The notes beneath the pieces were generated by a model. That model searched no databases and was not told the origin of the DNA. It saw only the letters and a list, made by a program, of their open reading frames with translations. Source: Alphaproteobacteria bacterium (GTDB lineage: Bacteria; Pseudomonadota; Alphaproteobacteria; SP197). Taken from it: a stretch of 64,000 nucleotides of DNA. The DNA lies in assembly GCA_964291265.2 (NCBI GenBank), contig OZ219747.1:832001-896000 (forward strand), in the 5' to 3' direction. A program made the translations under genes and the position numbers. Shown here in pieces: positions 9,521-19,487 of this stretch. The stretch's first letter is position 1. Every line of letters begins with the position of its first letter.

Positions 9521-10690
9521 ATGGACAGCGACGTCATGAAGACTCTCGATTGCCTGCTGGATGAACTCGCGCTCTACGTGGGACTGCCCGAAAGCGCGTG
9601 CGTGTCGTTGCCCCCCGATGCCTATCTCTCCGAGGACCTTGCGGCTCTCGAGGCCGCCACCATATTCGAGCGCTCGTGGTTGTGCGTCGGCCGCGAGGAA
9701 CACGTGCCGCAGCCGGGGGACTACTACACCATCGACGTCATGGGCGAGCCTGTCGTCATCGTCAGGGGTACGGACGGCGTTCTCCGTGCGCTCAACACGG
9801 CGTGTCGCCACCGGGCCATGCCCGTGGTCGCGGGCAAGGGCCATGCCCGGCGTTTCGTCTGCCCCTATCATTCCTGGACCTATGGCACCGACGGACGCCT
9901 CATCGGCGCCCCGCACATGGAGGGGAGCACGGTCTTTGACCAGGCGCGCTGCCACCTTCCCGGCTACCGCCTGGAGAGCTGGCGGGGATTCCTGTTCGTC
10001 AATCTTGATGACGATGCCGATCCCCTCGAGGTCACCATGGCGCCCGTGGGAAGGGCGACGGCCAACTACCGCATCGAGGAGCAGACCGAGATCTTCCGCT
10101 ACGAGACCACGTGGGACGGAAACTGGAAACTCTCGGCCGAGAACTCCATGGAGTACTACCACCACATCGGGTTGCATGCCGGCACCGTGGGTGTGCAGAT
10201 GCCGGCGAAGGGGACCTATTTTCCCGCAGATCCCGCGGTCGATCGCACGTTCACGCACCAGCGCTGCAGGATAGGTGAGGAGTTTCTGGGTGACTCCGAT
10301 CACCCGCTCAACCCTCGGGGGGACGTGACGAGCCTGACGCGCGAGGAACAGGAGACCGGCTATCTCGTCTACGTGTTTCCTGCCTTCACCATGGCGATGC
10401 GCGCCGGTTCGAACAACTGGCTCTCCTTTCGCCCCGACGGCCCCGACCGGACCCGTGTGCTGGGCGGCTACCTCGTCTGGAGGGACCTGGTGTCGAGCGA
10501 TGCGCAGACCGTGCGGGCGCGTGCCGAACTGATCGGCAGGGTGAATGAGGAAGACGCCCTTGCCACCACGGAACTGGCGCGCACCATGCGGAGCCGCAAG
10601 GCGCCCCGGGGCCCGCTCTCGCCATTCGAGAAGACTCTCGCGCAATTCTACGCCTATCTCGGTCGCACCCTGGCTGCGGACCGGGTCTGA
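9521..10690 (+). CDS. Rieske non-heme iron oxygenase alpha subunit (choline/carnitine monooxygenase-like)
   Basis: CRHR...CPYHSW Rieske ligands; NWKLSAENSMEYYHHIGLH mononuclear Fe site; start codon uncertain (9521 or 9536). Confidence 0.88.
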   Translation: MDSDVMKTLDCLLDELALYVGLPESACVSLPPDAYLSEDLAALEAATIFERSWLCVGREEHVPQPGDYYTIDVMGEPVVIVRGTDGVLRALNTACRHRAMPVVAGKGHARRFVCPYHSWTYGTDGRLIGAPHMEGSTVFDQARCHLPGYRLESWRGFLFVNLDDDADPLEVTMAPVGRATANYRIEEQTEIFRYETTWDGNWKLSAENSMEYYHHIGLHAGTVGVQMPAKGTYFPADPAVDRTFTHQRCRIGEEFLGDSDHPLNPRGDVTSLTREEQETGYLVYVFPAFTMAMRAGSNNWLSFRPDGPDRTRVLGGYLVWRDLVSSDAQTVRARAELIGRVNEEDALATTELARTMRSRKAPRGPLSPFEKTLAQFYAYLGRTLAADRV

Positions 10691-10705
10691 CATGGGGAAC
10701 AGGTC

Positions 10706-11455
10706 ATGGATTTCTCCGGCAAGCGGGTCATCGTCACGGGTTCGACGCGGGGTATCGGGCGCGAGGCCGCCCGCCTGTTTGTCGAGGCGGGCGCAGAGGT
10801 GGTGATCCACGGGCGTTCGCGGTCCGGCGTCGACGACACCGTGGCGGCTCTCGCCGGGGGCAAGGGCATCGCTGCCGATCTCTCGAGCGTCGAGGAATGC
10901 CGGCAGCTGATCGACAGGGCCCTCGATCACCTCGGCGGTCTCGATGTCCTGGTCAACAACGCTGCCGTGGGCGACGGCGGAACGATCGGGGAATCGGACG
11001 AGGCGCTGTGGCAGAACATCATGGACGTCAACCTTCGCGCACCCTTCTTCCTGACCCGCCATTCCCTTCCCGCCCTGCGCGCCAGCAGGGGTAGCGTGGT
11101 CATGGTCTCGTCGGTCTCCGGGCTGATGGGCCATCCGGACGGCGCCACCGTCTATTGCACGTCCAAAGGAGGCCTCAACAACATGACGCGGGCCATGGCC
11201 CTGGAACTGGCCGGCGAGGTCCGTGTCAACGCCGTCGCCCCCGGTCCTGTCGACACGGACATGCACAGGATCCCGGCGCGTCAATCCGGTGACGAGACGG
11301 ACTACTTCAGGGAAATCAACGCATGGGTGCCCATGGGCCGGATCGGAACCGCCGACGAGGTGGCGCGCGGCATCCTGTGGCTGGCCTCCGACGATGCGAG
11401 CCTTGCCACCGGGATCATCCTGTCGCTTGATGGTGGAGCGGGTGCCGGCCACTGA
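10706..11455 (+). CDS. Short-chain dehydrogenase/reductase
   Basis: TGSTRGIG, NNA, YCTSK (YxxxK), VNAVAPG. Confidence 0.92.
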   Translation: MDFSGKRVIVTGSTRGIGREAARLFVEAGAEVVIHGRSRSGVDDTVAALAGGKGIAADLSSVEECRQLIDRALDHLGGLDVLVNNAAVGDGGTIGESDEALWQNIMDVNLRAPFFLTRHSLPALRASRGSVVMVSSVSGLMGHPDGATVYCTSKGGLNNMTRAMALELAGEVRVNAVAPGPVDTDMHRIPARQSGDETDYFREINAWVPMGRIGTADEVARGILWLASDDASLATGIILSLDGGAGAGH

Positions 11456-12059
11456 CGGCCCGGGACGCCTTCCGGGGGGCGAACCACGGCTTCTTGTCGA
11501 CGATCTTGCCTGCGAGCGCGGCGGTCGCCTGCTCTTTGAAGGAGTATCGGTCTCCCTCGCCGCAGGGGGGGCCCTCATCGTCGAGGGCCCCAACGGCAGC
11601 GGCAAGAGCAGCCTTCTGCGCACCATCGCCGGTCTCCTGGCTCCCGCCTCTGGCCAGGTCTTCTGGCGTGGCCTCGATATCCGCAAGGAACCGCAGCCCT
11701 GGCGCCGGGAGATGGTGTTTCTCGGACATCTCAACGCCGTCAAGAGCACCCTGACGGTACGCGAGAACCTTGCCTGCCTGCAGTGTGACGTTCGCGAATC
11801 GCTCAACCTCAAGGGCCTCGGTCCCCTCCCGGCGGCCATGCTGTCGGCCGGGCAGCTGCGCCGGCTGGCCCTGGCGCGCGTGGTGGCGCATCCCGGCGGC
11901 TGCTGGATCCTGGATGAGCCTGCAGCCGGTCTCGACGCCGACTCGATCGCCCGGCTGAATGGACTGATCGCCGGACACCGCGCCCGGGGCGGGGTCGTGG
12001 TCCTCGCCGCCCACGTCCTCGACGACGCACAGACAGTCCGCCTGGGGACGACCGCGTGA
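11442..12059 (+). CDS. ccmA: Heme export ABC ATPase CcmA
   Basis: GPNGSGKS, LGHLNAVK, LSAGQLRRLALAR, WILDEP; directly upstream of ccmB; start approximate. Confidence 0.9.
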   Translation: MPATDGPGRLPGGEPRLLVDDLACERGGRLLFEGVSVSLAAGGALIVEGPNGSGKSSLLRTIAGLLAPASGQVFWRGLDIRKEPQPWRREMVFLGHLNAVKSTLTVRENLACLQCDVRESLNLKGLGPLPAAMLSAGQLRRLALARVVAHPGGCWILDEPAAGLDADSIARLNGLIAGHRARGGVVVLAAHVLDDAQTVRLGTTA

Positions 12060-12721
12060 CGACGTTCGGCGCTCTCGTCAGACGCGACCTCGCGCTCGCG
12101 ACCCGGCGCGGAGGCGATGCGGCGCTCTCGCTGGCGTTCTTTGTCGTTGCCGTCGTGGTCTTTCCCTTCGGCGTCGGTCCCGATCCGGATCTTCTCGCCC
12201 GCATCGCCGCCGGGATCATCTGGGTGACGGCGCTTCTGGCCTCCATGACGTCGCTGGAACGGCTCTATCGCGCCGATCTCGAGGATGGCTCTCTGGAGAT
12301 CATGGCCCTCTCGGCGCAACCCCTCGAACTCCAGGTGGCGGCCAAGTGTCTCGCCCACTGGCTGACCTCCGGCCTGCCGGTCGTCGTTCTGTCGCCGCTG
12401 ATGGCCATGCTGCTCAACCTCGATGTCGCCGCCTGGTGGATCCTCGTCGTGTCGCTGGCCGTCGGCACACCGCTCCTGTGTCTTGTCGGGAGCGTTGCGG
12501 CTGCCCTTGTCCTTGGCGCGAGGAAGAGCGGGGCGCTCATCGGGCTCATCGTCCTGCCGCTCCAGGTGCCGGTGATGATCTTCGGTATCGGCGCCGTCGA
12601 GGCTCTCCTGAGAGGGACCCCGGTGTTGCCTCCCCTGCTCATCGAGGCCGCCCTCCTGGTGGCAGGGACGCCCCTTGCCCTGTGGGCGAGTGCTGTGGCA
12701 TTGCGCATGGCCATCGAATGA
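12056..12721 (+). CDS. ccmB: Heme exporter permease CcmB
   Basis: RDLALA, GIIWVTALLA, DLEDGSLE, KCLAHWL. Confidence 0.93.
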   Translation: MTTFGALVRRDLALATRRGGDAALSLAFFVVAVVVFPFGVGPDPDLLARIAAGIIWVTALLASMTSLERLYRADLEDGSLEIMALSAQPLELQVAAKCLAHWLTSGLPVVVLSPLMAMLLNLDVAAWWILVVSLAVGTPLLCLVGSVAAALVLGARKSGALIGLIVLPLQVPVMIFGIGAVEALLRGTPVLPPLLIEAALLVAGTPLALWASAVALRMAIE

Positions 12722-12746
12722 ACCCCGAGGACAACCGGAAGACGAC

Positions 12747-13484
12747 GTGACCCTTTCCTTTCACAGGTTGGCGAACCCGGCTCGGTTCCAGAGGCTTGCG
12801 CGGCGCGTCTTGCCGTGGAGTTGGGCCGCAGCGGTCCTGGCGACGGCTGGCGGGTTCGTCTGGGGACTGGCGCTGTCTCCCGCCGACTACCAGCAGGGCG
12901 ACACGGTCAGGGTCATGTATGTCCATGTTCCGGCGGCCTGGATGGCCATGGCCTGCTACACCCTGATGGCCGTTCTCTCCGTCGTCTTCCTGGTGTGGAA
13001 ACACCAGCTGGCCGGTATTGCCGCGCTCGCCTCGGCGCCGGTCGGCGCCTGCTTCACGGCCATCGCTCTCATCACCGGAAGCCTGTGGGGCAAACCGACC
13101 TGGGGAACCTGGTGGGTGTGGGATGCGCGTCTCACGTCCGTACTCGTGCTGTTCTTTCTCTATCTCGGTTACCTGGCGCTGGCCGGCGCCTTTGACGACC
13201 GGGCGCGGGGATTGCGCGCGGCCTCGCTTCTGGCGCTGGTCGGCATCGTCAATCTGCCGATCATCAAGTTCTCCGTCGACTGGTGGAACACGCTGCACCA
13301 GCCGGCCAGCCTCCTGCGCGCCGGCGGACCGTCGATCCATGCCTCCATGCTGTGGCCGCTGTTGATCACGGCCCTGGGATTCGCCGCCTTCCTGGTTGCC
13401 ATCCTGCTGGTGCGCATCCGCTCCGAACTGACGCTGTGGAGGACCGAGATCCTCATGCGGCGGCACACCCGGGACGCCCCGTGA
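12747..13484 (+). CDS. ccmC: Heme exporter CcmC
   Basis: YVHVPAAW and the WWD motif WGKPTWGTWWVWDARLT; WWNTLHQ. Confidence 0.95.
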   Translation: MTLSFHRLANPARFQRLARRVLPWSWAAAVLATAGGFVWGLALSPADYQQGDTVRVMYVHVPAAWMAMACYTLMAVLSVVFLVWKHQLAGIAALASAPVGACFTAIALITGSLWGKPTWGTWWVWDARLTSVLVLFFLYLGYLALAGAFDDRARGLRAASLLALVGIVNLPIIKFSVDWWNTLHQPASLLRAGGPSIHASMLWPLLITALGFAAFLVAILLVRIRSELTLWRTEILMRRHTRDAP

Positions 13485-13651
13485 GCGGCTTTCTCGACAT
13501 GGGAGGGCACGCGTCAACCGTGTGGCCGGCCTACGGCGTCACCCTTGCCATCCTGGTGGCGCTGGTGGTGGCGAGCCTCGTCAGTTCCCGCCGCCGCCAC
13601 CGGGATCTCGAGAGGCTCGAACGCGAACGTCAGGTGGAACGGGATCCATGA
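13481..13651 (+). CDS. ccmD: Heme exporter CcmD
   Basis: Small MGG..VWPAYG membrane peptide with charged tail, overlapping ccmC and ccmE by 4 nt. Confidence 0.85.
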   Translation: MSGFLDMGGHASTVWPAYGVTLAILVALVVASLVSSRRRHRDLERLERERQVERDP

Positions 13652-14091
13652 AGCGCAAGGAACAGCGCATGGTCTTCCTCGGCGCTCTCGTGGCCTGCTT
13701 TGCCGCGGCCACTGTCCTCGTGCTGATTGCCCTCGAGGACACGGTGACCTTCTTCCATTCCCCGGCATCCCTTGCCGAGGCGCCCGGAATGGCCGGAACC
13801 GAGATCAGGCTGGGGGGCCTGGTGGTGGAGGGCAGCGTCCGGCGGTCGAGTGATGGACTGACCACGACATTCGCCCTTACCGATGGCCTCGCCAGCACGA
13901 CAGTGGTCCATTCCGGCATCCTGCCGGATCTCTTCAGGGAAGGTCAGGGAATTGTCGCCAGGGGTATGCTGAACCAGGCCACCGGCGTGTTCCGGGCCGT
14001 CGAGGTCCTCGCCAAGCACGACGAGACCTACATGCCGCCGGAGGTGGCCGAGGCCCTGAAGGAGTCCGGCTACTGGCGCGAGGAGCCATGA
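13648..14091 (+). CDS. ccmE: Cytochrome c maturation heme chaperone CcmE
   Basis: RLGGLV, GILPDLFREGQG, LAKHDETYMPPEV. Confidence 0.95.
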   Translation: MKRKEQRMVFLGALVACFAAATVLVLIALEDTVTFFHSPASLAEAPGMAGTEIRLGGLVVEGSVRRSSDGLTTTFALTDGLASTTVVHSGILPDLFREGQGIVARGMLNQATGVFRAVEVLAKHDETYMPPEVAEALKESGYWREEP

Positions 14092-15125
14092 CGACACGAT
14101 CCCGCCGCCGGGTGGCGGCCTGGCTCCTTGTCGTGGCCCTGCTCGTCTGTGCCATGGTGGTGCTGGGCGGCGTGACGCGCCTCACCGGATCAGGGCTCTC
14201 CATGACGGAGTGGAGACCGGTGACGGGCTGGCTGCCGCCGCTCGATCTCGCCGAGTGGAACGAGGCCTTCGATCGCTACCGGCAATCCCCGGAATACCGG
14301 GAGATCAACCGCGGCATGTCGCTGGACGAGTTCAGGACGATCTTCTGGTTCGAGTACGCCCACCGCTTGCTCGGGCGTATCCTCGGCCTTGCCTTCTTGG
14401 CGCCCTTTTTCTGGTTTCTCGTCACGCGGCAACTGCCGGGCCGCCTGGCCGCCTGGCTCGCCTTCATCCTCGTTCTCGGTGGACTGCAGGGGGTGCTGGG
14501 CTGGTTCATGGTGGCGAGCGGTCTTGTTGACCGGCCGAGCGTCAGCCCGTTCCGTCTCGCCATGCACCTGGCGCTGGCCTTTGCCATCCTCGGCATGCTG
14601 GTGTGGACCGTGGCCTCCCTGCTGGCAACCCCCGGTTACGGTTCGGCCGAACCCGGCGTCCGTCAGCCGCGACGCCGGGCGCTGTGGGTCCTTGCACTCG
14701 TCTGCCTCACCATCGTCGCCGGGGCCTTCGTCGCCGGACTCGATGCCGGCCTCTACTACAACACCTTTCCGCTCATGGACGGCAGACTGATTCCCGCCTC
14801 ATGGGCGGAGATGGAGCCCTGGTGGATCAACCCATTTCTCAATCCGGCGGCGGCGCAGTTCAACCATCGGTTTCTCGCCGTGGCGACCCTGGCGGCCGCG
14901 CTTCTCATGTGGCGCTCGTTTCACGGCCTGCCGCTCATGGCCCGCACCCGCCGCCTGGCCACGGCAGTGGCGCTTGGCGCCCTGGTCCAGGCGGGCCTGG
15001 GCATTGCCACGCTGCTTGCCTACGTCCCGGTGTGGCTCGGCGCTCTCCACCAGGCCGGTGCCCTGGTGGTCTTCACGCTCGCTCTCCTCGTCGTGCACAG
15101 CCTGAGGCAGCGCCAGGCCCCCTGA
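14088..15125 (+). CDS. ctaA: Heme A synthase (COX15/CtaA type 2)
   Basis: GGVTRLTGSGLSM, EYAHRLLGR, GWFMVASGL, RLAMHL, QFNHR, LHQAG. Confidence 0.92.
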   Translation: MTTRSRRRVAAWLLVVALLVCAMVVLGGVTRLTGSGLSMTEWRPVTGWLPPLDLAEWNEAFDRYRQSPEYREINRGMSLDEFRTIFWFEYAHRLLGRILGLAFLAPFFWFLVTRQLPGRLAAWLAFILVLGGLQGVLGWFMVASGLVDRPSVSPFRLAMHLALAFAILGMLVWTVASLLATPGYGSAEPGVRQPRRRALWVLALVCLTIVAGAFVAGLDAGLYYNTFPLMDGRLIPASWAEMEPWWINPFLNPAAAQFNHRFLAVATLAAALLMWRSFHGLPLMARTRRLATAVALGALVQAGLGIATLLAYVPVWLGALHQAGALVVFTLALLVVHSLRQRQAP

Positions 15126-15126
15126 C

Positions 15127-16350
15127 TCACGCCGAGAGGGCGCGGCCCACGGCCCGGAAGCAGCGGGCGGTATCGAGGTCGACACTGTCGTCGGTCGGCA
15201 GGGTCTGGGAGGCGAACTTCGCGATGACGAGGCTGGCCACGGGATCGATCCACAGATACTGGCCGTAGACGCCGATGCCGGCGTAGCAGCCGTGATCGTC
15301 TCCCATGATCCACCACTTGTTGCGATAGCCGCCCGAAGGATTGACCGCGGCGCCTTCGCCGTTCGCCCATGCCTGCCGGTCGTGGTTGAAGCGCGTGTCG
15401 GCCACCCAGGAGAAGGGGATGATCTGGCGACCGTTCGCCACGCCGTTCTCCAACATCATCAGGCCGACCCGCGCCAGATCGCGCAGGGCAAGACAGATGC
15501 CGCCGGCGGCCCGCGGGGCCCCAAGCCTGTCGACGGTGACATAGCCGTCGAACTCAGGCCCCAGGGGTTGCCACAGGAGCTCGCTCACGACCTCGGCAAA
15601 GGGCGCTGCCGCGACGCGCTCGATCACCCAACCGAGGGCGTCGGTGACGGGTGAGACATAGTGGAAGGCATGACCGTGCGGTCCCTTCGCGCCCAGGGTG
15701 GTGAGCCAGGAGCGCAGGTCTCCGGGCCTCTCGGGATCGGACGGCGGTTTCCAGCCGGAAACCTCGCGGTACTCCGTGATGGGACCTTCGGCGGCGAGAT
15801 AGTCCTCCGTGAAATCGACGCCGACCGTCATGTCCAGCATGTGCTGAAGGGTGCACCCGGCAAACGCCGAGCCCTTGACCTCGGGAATGATCGCAGCAAC
15901 GCCGCGCGAGGGGTCGAGAAGGCCGCGTTCGACGAGGATGCCGATCACCAGTGCGGTGATCGACTTGGAGATCGACATCAGGATGTGCGGCCTCCAGGCC
16001 TCCAGGCCGTTGCGGTAGTGCTCGGTGATGACGGCGCCCCGGCGCAGCACGCACAGGCCATCGGTCGAGGCGGAATCGAGAAAGGCCCCGAAGGTGGTTT
16101 CGGCACCGGTGTGGTCGACAAAGGAAATGGCGGAGAGATCCTCGGGTGCCCTGTCGAGCCGCCTTGCCGCGCCGCTGCCGCGCCGGATCTGCGCCGCGGG
16201 CACGAGTTCGCTGACATGCTGGAAGGCCCAGCGGTTGTGTGGCGGCATGCGCCAGTTCTCGAGAGTGACCTGTGCGTCGCTCTCGGGCGGGAAGGTCTTC
16301 ATGAGATCGTGTTCCGGCATGTCTTCGCGCTCTTCGGGGTGGACCCTCAT
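15127..16350 (-). CDS. Serine hydrolase, beta-lactamase class C / 6-aminohexanoate-dimer hydrolase-like
   Basis: HILMSISKS (SxxK), FHYVS, GIGVYGQ; start uncertain. Confidence 0.85.
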   Translation of the reverse strand: MRVHPEEREDMPEHDLMKTFPPESDAQVTLENWRMPPHNRWAFQHVSELVPAAQIRRGSGAARRLDRAPEDLSAISFVDHTGAETTFGAFLDSASTDGLCVLRRGAVITEHYRNGLEAWRPHILMSISKSITALVIGILVERGLLDPSRGVAAIIPEVKGSAFAGCTLQHMLDMTVGVDFTEDYLAAEGPITEYREVSGWKPPSDPERPGDLRSWLTTLGAKGPHGHAFHYVSPVTDALGWVIERVAAAPFAEVVSELLWQPLGPEFDGYVTVDRLGAPRAAGGICLALRDLARVGLMMLENGVANGRQIIPFSWVADTRFNHDRQAWANGEGAAVNPSGGYRNKWWIMGDDHGCYAGIGVYGQYLWIDPVASLVIAKFASQTLPTDDSVDLDTARCFRAVGRALSA

Positions 16351-16430
16351 GGTAGCAGTCTTGCCCAAGGGGCGCTTCCCATGCCTTCATCAAGGCGACA
16401 TAATCGCGTCTGGAGAACGAAGGGAAACCG

Positions 16431-17825
16431 ATGCGCCCGCATGCCGTCGCTGACCCGGTCCCCCAGGAGGCCCTGGCGGAACTTCGCCACATGTTCGGTG
16501 AACGCTTCTCGACCGGCGCATCCGTTCTCGAACAGCATTCCCATGACGAGAGCTGGCATCACCCCCAGCCTCCCCACGCCGTGGTCTGGCCGGAGACCTC
16601 CGAGGACGTCGCATCCATCGTCGACATATGCTCACGACACGCCATGCCGGTGATTCCCTTCGGCACCGGCACGTCGCTCGAGGGGCAGGTGGTGGCGACC
16701 GCCGGCGGCGTCAGCATCGACATGATGCGCATGAACCGCATTCTTCGCGTCAGCCCGGAGGATCTCGACGCCACGGTCGAGGCGGGCGTGACGCGCAAGC
16801 AGCTGAATGAACACCTGAGGGACCAGGGATTGTTCTTCCCGGTCGATCCGGGGGCGGACGCCTCGATCGGAGGCATGGCGGCGACCCGGGCCTCGGGCAC
16901 CAACGCCGTGCGCTACGGCACCATGCGCGAGGTGGTTCTCGCCCTGAAGGTGGTGACACCCGACGGACGCATCGTGGAGACGGCAAGGCGGTCGAGGAAG
17001 TCGGCGGCCGGCTACGACCTCACGCGACTCTTCGTTGGTTCGGAAGGCACGCTCGGCGTCATCACCGAGGTCACGGTGAGACTCTTCGGCATTCCGGAAG
17101 CGGTCAGCGCAGCGACGGTCTCCTTTCCCGACATCGGTTCGGCGGTCGATGCCGTCATTTTCACGATCCAGTCAGGTCTTTCGATGGCGCGGATCGAGCT
17201 TCTCGACGAACTCCAGATCGAGGCGATCAACGCCTTCTCCGGCCTCGCCAATCCCGTCGCCCCGACGCTGTTTCTCGAGTTCCACGGCACGAGAGACGGC
17301 GTCGGCGAGCAGGCAGAGAGAATGGGCGAGATCTGCAGGGATCATGGCGGCAGCGATTTTGTCTGGGTGACTCGCCAGGAGGATCGCAACCGGCTGTGGC
17401 AGGCGCGCCATGACGCCGCCTGGGCGGCCAAGGCGCTGCGTCCCGGGTGTGCCATGTGGCCGACCGATGTCTGCGTGCCGATCTCCCGGCTGGCCGAGTG
17501 CATCGTCGCCACCAAGGAGGACCTGGAGACGACCCGCATTCCGGCCCCGATCGCCGGCCATGTCGGCGACGGCAACTTCCACCTCGTGTTCCTCATCGAT
17601 CCGGATGATCCCGCCGAACTCGCCGAGGCCGAGCGCCTCAACACGCGCCTCGTCAGGCGGGCCCTGGCCATGGACGGCACCTGCACCGGAGAACACGGTG
17701 TCGGTCTGGGCAAGATGACGTTCCTCGAGGAGGAGCACGGCGGGGCGATTGACCTGATGCGCCAGATGAAACAGGCCCTCGATCCCCGAAACATCATGAA
17801 TCCCGGCAAGATGTTCACCATGTGA
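16431..17825 (+). CDS. FAD-linked oxidase, D-lactate dehydrogenase (cytochrome)/GlcD family
   Basis: PFGTGTSLEG, DPGADASIGGM, GSEGTLG, GHVGDGNFH, GEHGVG, NPGK. Confidence 0.92.
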   Translation: MRPHAVADPVPQEALAELRHMFGERFSTGASVLEQHSHDESWHHPQPPHAVVWPETSEDVASIVDICSRHAMPVIPFGTGTSLEGQVVATAGGVSIDMMRMNRILRVSPEDLDATVEAGVTRKQLNEHLRDQGLFFPVDPGADASIGGMAATRASGTNAVRYGTMREVVLALKVVTPDGRIVETARRSRKSAAGYDLTRLFVGSEGTLGVITEVTVRLFGIPEAVSAATVSFPDIGSAVDAVIFTIQSGLSMARIELLDELQIEAINAFSGLANPVAPTLFLEFHGTRDGVGEQAERMGEICRDHGGSDFVWVTRQEDRNRLWQARHDAAWAAKALRPGCAMWPTDVCVPISRLAECIVATKEDLETTRIPAPIAGHVGDGNFHLVFLIDPDDPAELAEAERLNTRLVRRALAMDGTCTGEHGVGLGKMTFLEEEHGGAIDLMRQMKQALDPRNIMNPGKMFTM

Positions 17826-17856
17826 CGATGCCGGCGGAATACAGGGGGAATCGACC

Positions 17857-18681
17857 ATGACATCCTTTCGAGTTGAGCCCGTGACCCCGACCATCGGCGC
17901 CGAAATCCGCGACCTGGATCTTGCCGGCCCCCTCGACGACACGGTGTTCGCGGAGTTGATGGAGGCGTGGCACCGACACCACGTTCTCTTCTTCCGCGAT
18001 CAGGACATGGACCCTGCTTCCCTGCAGAGGCTGGGCAGGCGCCTCGGCCCGCTCCATGTCCATCCGCAAGGCGACGTCGAGGGGTACGAGGGCATCCTGG
18101 CCATTCACACGGACCGGAATTCGACGACGTACAGCGGCAGCAAGTGGCATGCCGATGTCACGTGTGATCGTGAGCCGCCCGCCGCCAGTGTCCTCTATCT
18201 CGGTACCGTGCCAGCCTCGGGCGGCGATACGCTCTTTGCCAATGTCCACGCCGCCCATGACGCCCTGTCATCGCCCATGAGACGTTTTCTCGAGGGACTG
18301 ACAGCCCTTCACGCCGGGGCCGATCGCTATGGCCGGTACTTCGGCACCAGGCCGGAAGAGACGCGCGACGGCGCCTTTCCGGAGGCGGTCCATCCGGTGA
18401 TTGCCGTCAATCCGGCGACCGGCCGCAAGATGATCTACGTCAACGAGATCTTCACCGAGAGAATCGTCGAACTCGAGGAAGCGGAAAGCCGTCTGGTTCT
18501 CGAGTTCCTGTGGTCGCACATCGCGCAACCGCGATTCCAGTGCCGGTTTCGCTGGAGGGCCGACTCCGTTGCCATGTGGGACAACCATGCCACGCAGCAC
18601 CTGGCCATCTGGGACTACTGGCCTCAGGTGCGTTCCGGTTACCGCGTCACCGTCAAGGGCCCGCCGCCGCCGCCGGCATGA
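17857..18681 (+). CDS. TauD/TfdA family 2-oxoglutarate-dependent dioxygenase
   Basis: WHADVT (HxD), GGDTLFA, WDNHATQH. Confidence 0.92.
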   Translation: MTSFRVEPVTPTIGAEIRDLDLAGPLDDTVFAELMEAWHRHHVLFFRDQDMDPASLQRLGRRLGPLHVHPQGDVEGYEGILAIHTDRNSTTYSGSKWHADVTCDREPPAASVLYLGTVPASGGDTLFANVHAAHDALSSPMRRFLEGLTALHAGADRYGRYFGTRPEETRDGAFPEAVHPVIAVNPATGRKMIYVNEIFTERIVELEEAESRLVLEFLWSHIAQPRFQCRFRWRADSVAMWDNHATQHLAIWDYWPQVRSGYRVTVKGPPPPPA

Positions 18682-19465
18682 TCGGGACGGGGGCAGCGCC
18701 GATTCCGCGATGCGCGCCCACGAGCCCGCGCCCAGGGGCAGGATGTCGTCGTTGACGTCGCAGTGCGGACTGTGGAGGAGGCAGCCACCCTCGTTGGGCC
18801 CGTTGCCGATGAGGTTGCAGCAGCCGGTCATTCCTGCAGCATGGCGGCGAAGCCCTCAGGGTCCACGGAACCCGCCGATGTGATCTCTTGAGCGTTCCCG
18901 GCACCGGTTCAGGCCGGCGGCGCGGTCGGGCATCGCCGCATGGTGAGCTGCTGGTCGTTACCTCGAAGATGTCGCGTGCTTGCGAGGAACGGTCCCTTGC
19001 GCACAGGCAAGACGCCCGACCTCGAGACCCGGTGCGTCGTGCCTGCCGCAGACTTCCCCGCAGGGACAGAGATCGAAGAGACCGTCCTCGATCATCACCC
19101 GGCCGGCCGGAAGACGACGTGAACCGTGCCGTCGACGCTCCGCTTGCATGGAAAGATGACGCACCGCCTCCAGACAACATGGCGGCGTGGCCGTCATGAC
19201 CGCAGGCATGCATCGTTCCGTCACGGGTCGAGCGGCGATCGGCCCTCAAGACCGATGTGCCTCGCTCCGTTGCCGGACCTCAGCGTTCCCGCCACTCCCG
19301 TGCCGACGAGACCGCGATGGACCTCGATGCCGAGGCGTCAAGCAGGCCCGCGACCATGTCGGAGGCCCTGGTCTCCTCGAAGGCCGTTTCCGGGTATTGA
19401 TGGATGTCGCGCCTCCAGCGGAGCATGTCGGCCTGCCAGTTAAGCGATCGTCCGATGATGGCCAT
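18678..19465 (-). pseudogene. M20 amidohydrolase (hippurate hydrolase-like) pseudogene
   Basis: Fragments in different frames: WRRDIHQYPETAFEE, MHACGHDGHAAML, LHSPHCDVNDDILPLGA. Confidence 0.85.
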
Positions 19466-19487
19466 GATCCTCATCCCGGCGCGTCAG

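Noticed and set aside
8471-12358. 1295-aa minus-strand ORF, and similar long ORFs such as 19404-21623, 30745-32826, 40591-42735 and 42810-44900
   Set aside because: Antisense shadows of recognisable genes in high-GC DNA; no motifs of their own.
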